From Torpedo marmorata (lineage: Eukaryota): 64,000 bases of DNA. The DNA is taken from contig OZ360234.1 in assembly GCA_977017645.1 (NCBI GenBank), positions 79,794,001 through 79,858,000 on the forward strand, read 5' to 3'. The notes under the pieces were generated by a model. That model searched no databases, was not told the origin of the DNA, and saw only the letters and a program-made list of their open reading frames with translations. Position numbers and translations under genes: made by a program. This document shows, in pieces, positions 59,698 through 64,000 of the stretch (within the stretch, counting starts at the first letter, position 1; each line of letters begins with the position of its first letter).

Positions 59698-61114
59698 TCC
59701 CGATGTGGGATAAAATGGGAGAACTTGGAGGAAACCCACGCAGTCACAGGGAGAGCGTGCAAACTCCACACCAGAAGTCATCATTGAACCCTAATCTGCC
59801 TCAATACCTGTGAGACAGCAACACTGTCCCACTCAACCTTTTCGCAGAAAATGCTGATGGAGTAAATACCCGGATCACCAAATCCATGCTACTAATTCTT
59901 TTTACCTCAGTTGAGAGAACAGGCATAGTTTGATTTTTGACCTTGCAGCATGGCCTGATTTTTGACCTTGCCGCACATCCTCCCCTGCGATAGTCAGCAA
60001 GGCTCTGGAATAGGATTTGAACTTGAGACTCTAACCAAAAGGTGAGAATTACCTTGGAGCTCACCATGCCCTGATGTGCTTTACCTATCAGATAAGAGTT
60101 TAATTCTAAAAATTACTGATCAAATACTGCATATTTAAAATTAGAAATCCTAAGTCGACAGCAATAATTTCCAACATGTTTGACACGAGCAAAATTTGGC
60201 TAATTGGGGAGCAAGATGTGGTTAATTACTTTTCAAAGAAATTTCAGTTTTAATTAGAAGGAGGCAACCTTTCTCCACCCAGTCATGCAGTCGATGGAAA
60301 ACTGAGATTAATACTTCTGTGGACACCAAGGAAATCAAAAGGTTGGGGTTAGGTGGTCCAAGATTCAATCACGATCTTCGTGAAGGACAGAGCAAGCTCA
60401 AGGGGCCATATCGCCTTATTTTATTAGTTTATTTATTCATGGGGCCCATGCTAAAGAGGGTTTCTGGATTCTTGCCCTGGTTTGGATGGATATTATGTTC
60501 ACCAGTAACAGTCCATAATTCACTGTCAACTGTGTCTTGTGAATTATTACTTTATCACTTGAGAAGTGAAGCCAAATGATGATGTGGTATGTTATTTAGT
60601 TAGCACTGATTTCCTCAGAGCAAGAGTAATTACTTATATTCTTCAGCGTAGCTTGTGATACAGAGTTATCCACCAGTAATCATTGTTCATCCAGAGGTAA
60701 TGCCATGGTGATCCATATTAACTAAGGGCCTGGTTTTGGTCAAAGAATTACATTAAACAATGAAGGCACAACATTAATACATGTTTGATTTAAAAAAAGC
60801 ACTCTGCGTGATTTGGTAACCAAGAAATTAAAGCACTCATATCAATCAAAATAAAACGTGGACATTTTGCATTCCTCTTTGCATTTTATCAACAAACTAA
60901 AGTTTAAATTTCATATGTGAATGAGTATTGACAACTTATGCCTGAAGGCAGTGTCTATTTTGTGTCTATCATTTATTTTTTTTCTAAAAGATGTACAATT
61001 ATCCACTCCTGGAATCTGAGTTAACCAGATGTGGCCAGTCACGGACACACTAAAGAATCAATATTCACCTCCATCAGCCATTTACTTGTCTGGTTCACTG
61101 CACTGGTTGGCATC

Positions 61115-61545
61115 CCTTAAGACGATAAGATATAGGAGCAGAAGTAGGTCATTCAGCCCGACAAGTCCGATCTGCCATTCCATCATTGGCTGATCCATTC
61201 TCACACTCAGCCCCACTCCCTGCCTTCTCCCCATGACCTTTGATACCCTGACTATTCAGATAGCTATCAATCTCTGCGTTAAATAAATCCAACGACATGG
61301 CCTCCACAGCCGCCTGTGGCAGAAAATTAAAAGATTCACCATTCTGGCTAAAGAAATTCCACCGCATCTCTGTTTTAAATGGGCGCCCTTCAATCCTGAA
61401 GTTGTGCCCTTTTGTCCTTGACTCCCCTAACATGGGAAACAACTTTTCCACATCTACTCTGTCTGGGCCTTTCAACTTTCAAAATGCTTCTTTGAGGTCC
61501 CCCCTCATTCTTCTGAACTCCAAGGAGTACAGTCCAAGAGCCGTC
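61115..61545 (-). mobile_element. CR1 3' fragment
   Basis: DRVDVEKLFPMLGESRTKGHNFRIEGRPFKTEMRWNFFSQ. Confidence 0.85.
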
Positions 61546-62294
61546 AAAGACATGATAGTTTATCAATATGCATAGACTACTTCACACACACCCTCCGACA
61601 CAGCTCTCATGCTGCCCTTACTTGGTAATAAATGATTTTTCTTATACTAACTCTATACTCTGTAATTGTGCTCTTGTTCTGCTTTGCAGTTGTTATAAAT
61701 GTTAGAGGTTGGAGAAGAAGCCGTCTCACTGTGCCAGATATAAAGTGACAAATAAACTTGAACTAACTTCATTGTAGGTTAACGTAGGGTCATGGAATTG
61801 TAGCACAGAAAGTTATTCAGCCCATCTAATCTGTGCTAGTTTTCAGTTTTTTATTCCAATCTGCTGCACTTTCCCTATATCTCGCAGCTTTGTTTTTCTT
61901 CAACTCGGTGCTTTGAATGCACTAATCACTCCATCTGACAGTGTGGTCCAAACATCGATTACTCTTACTTTAAAGCAGTTTGTCCTCGCGTCGCCCCAAT
62001 GAAGCAACGTGACTCCTTGTCCTCTGGCTATTGATGAGAAATAGTTCCTCTGTTCTCCAAATCACAGAGGACAGAAATGCGTCTTCACTCCACCAAGTCC
62101 TTACTAATCAGCAAGCATTCATTTACACTAACCTTACACTGATCTTCCTGCTCTCCCTACATGGCCATCAATTCCTGCCAGATTTTACCACTCACCAGCT
62201 CCCCAGGAGAAACCTGGTGGAAAATTAACTTACCGATTAGCACAAGTTTGTGGGAGGAAATTCCACACAGACCGCACCAGAGATCGAGAGCACT

Positions 62295-62538
62295 TTTTAA
62301 AAAAATATTTTATTTAAATTTTTAAATCACAAATTACATAAAATAATTTTGCATATATTTCTTAAAAAATACATGTGATTTACATTTTCTCCCCCCCTTC
62401 CCACCCTCCCCTCCCTAGCCCCTATATCCCCCTATTCTAAACTTAAAGTAAAATAATAAAAAGAAGAAAAAGAAAAAGAAAAAGGAAAGAAAGAAAAATA
62501 GAATGAGGAGTCAATAAACTTAAAAACTAATATACCTT
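62295..62538 (-). mobile_element. L1 3'UTR-only insertion with 16-bp TSD, same family as the 40.9-44.4 kb L1
   Basis: AGAGATCGAGAGCACT at 62279-62294 and 62539-62554; the terminal ~55 nt are nearly identical to the reverse complement of 44380-44433. Confidence 0.88.
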
Positions 62539-62619
62539 AGAGATCGAGAGCACTGAAAAGTTGCTGGATCTGTGAGAGCAGCAGACCCTCAGCACTGCAC
62601 CACCACTTCACCTGGTCTA

Positions 62620-63362
62620 CTGGACCCTCGTGGTCTCAAAACCTCATGACCCTTCACCAGGACTTGGGCTGGCTGGTGCTGAGAGAAGCCCTCCTGCTCA
62701 GATCCTTCCTGTACAACCGGAACATCACCTACAATGCATGTTGTCTCCAAGGTGACTGTGGTGGAGTGGAGACAGTCGGCCACCTCTTTGCTCAATGCAG
62801 ATTCGCTAAGAGTGTGTGGAGAAGGATGCAAGGGTCCTCGACACGGTTCCTCCCCTGCAGCAGCGTGACAGAGTACTCTCTGATTTGCGGGCTGTTCCCG
62901 GAGACGCACACAGAGTCAGACATCCAGAAATGCTGGAAGACCAACAACTCGGTGAAAGACACACTTTGGTCTATCCGAATCCTGTTTGTTTTTCAGCACA
63001 CAGAAATGTCGGTGAGGGAATGCTGCCGACTGGCACATTCCAGGCTGCAGGAGTATGTGCTGAGGGATGCACTGAGGCTTGGCGCAGCCAACGCCAGGAT
63101 GCTGTGGGGAAGGACCACAGTCTACAGTCCTTCTGTTTCCGGGCATTAAGGGGCTGAAACCTAGGGGAAGTCCCTCAAACAACAGAGGGGGGAGTATCGA
63201 CAAGGCGCCACAGTGGTGGCAATGGTGTAAATAGAAATGAATGTAACAATGTACAGTGATGGAAATGTATGGATACAAAATTAAGGGTGGGAAGAGACTT
63301 TGAACAGGTTTCTGTTTGTAAAAAAATATTGTGAATAAAATCTATTTTTGGTTTAAAAAAAA
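62620..63362 (+). mobile_element. Tx1-like (L1-group) LINE 3' end
   Basis: ORF 62646-63149 HQDLGWLVLREAL...CLQGDCGGVETVGHLFAQC (RT-associated zinc knuckle); ends GAATAAAATCTATTTTTGGTTTAAAAAAAA. Confidence 0.75.
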
Positions 63363-63397
63363 CTATTGTGATCACACAGCTCTGAGTGAGTGAGCTA

Positions 63398-63580
63398 CGA
63401 ACAATCTGCTGGAGGAACTCAGCAGGTCAAGCAACATCAGCAGAAGAAAAAGAATGGACAGATTTCTGACCCAAAACATCGACCATTCTTTTCCTCTCAC
63501 TGATGCTGCTCGACCTGCTGAGTTCCTCCAGCAGATTGTTTGTTGCTCCAGATTCCAGCGTCTGCAGTTTTCTCTGCGTT
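63398..63580. mobile_element. Penelope inverted termini (foldback)
   Basis: AACAATCTGCTGGAGGAACTCAGCAGGTC ... GACCTGCTGAGTTCCTCCAGCAGATTGTT perfect inverted arms. Confidence 0.8.
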
Positions 63581-63956
63581 TCTAAGAGACTGAGATTGAT
63601 TTCATGTTAATTTATATTTCACTCCACTGCAGCCATTATACTTTTCTGGAGAATTTACTCGTGCTTTTATTAGGAGAATTTGTTGATTTTTTTTTTTTTT
63701 TTGTTGCTTTTGCTCTTTAAATCAGCTCTGTTCCTGAAGTAGACTCATCCTGTGTCCAATGGAATTGGCTGTGTTCCTAGCTGAGCAAATGCAGCGTTGA
63801 GCGCTACCAGTACAGAAAGGAGGCCTGTGTTGTAACTTGCTTTGCTCCTTCTACATCAATTCTCCTCTGCCCATGGACTTTAACTTTGCCATAAAGACCA
63901 ACTGCTGGAACCTTGTCAATGCCTTTGAAGTCCATGTTCTCCAGATCCGTTATCAT

Positions 63957-63973
63957 TCTCTCTCTCTCTCTCT
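63957..63973. repeat. (TC)n microsatellite
   Basis: Short TC dinucleotide run. Confidence 0.85.
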
Positions 63974-64000
63974 GAACCTCATTAAAAACATGACTAGTTA

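Noticed and set aside
14535-63580. Recurring palindromic GCTGGAGGAACTCAGC / GTTTCGGG units as CRISPR-like or REP-like repeats
   Set aside because: Dispersed, not regularly spaced, eukaryotic context, and physically linked to a Penelope endonuclease remnant at 35237-35620.
27054-64000. CDR1as-like miR-7 site array or exons of neighbouring genes known near mammalian SOX3
   Set aside because: No tandem GTCTTCC array and no recognisable host exon seen by eye; short exons could be missed without spliced alignment.

Overview
Vertebrate genomic DNA, almost certainly a cartilaginous fish (shark or ray). The repeats are CR1 LINEs, HE1-type V-SINEs, Penelope termini, Rex1-like LINEs and an AT-rich L1. 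The only host protein-coding gene is an intronless SoxB1 gene, best matching Sox3 (26133-27053, +). It lies in a CpG-rich domain (about 17-33.4 kb) with no long LINE insertions and several homeobox/Sox/POU-motif-dense blocks that look like conserved enhancers. The flanks are a nested mosaic of transposons, including a young 5'-truncated L1 with an uninterrupted 1092-codon ORF2 and a 15-bp target-site duplication (TSD). Most interesting: (1) a Penelope terminal remnant with a hammerhead-ribozyme-like motif in the probable Sox3 5' leader, whose edge supplies the ATG of an in-frame uORF ending TGA directly against the Sox3 ATG; (2) a 5S-rRNA-headed SINE and a multi-copy ~800-bp GC-rich element that share a 3' stem-loop and TGACAATAA tail, and whose tail also resembles that of the local Rex1-like LINE; (3) a CpG-rich, promoter-like, TIR-bounded element just upstream of the intact L1 ORF2. 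All repeat-family names and most repeat boundaries come from reading the sequence by eye; no database search or folding calculation was run.
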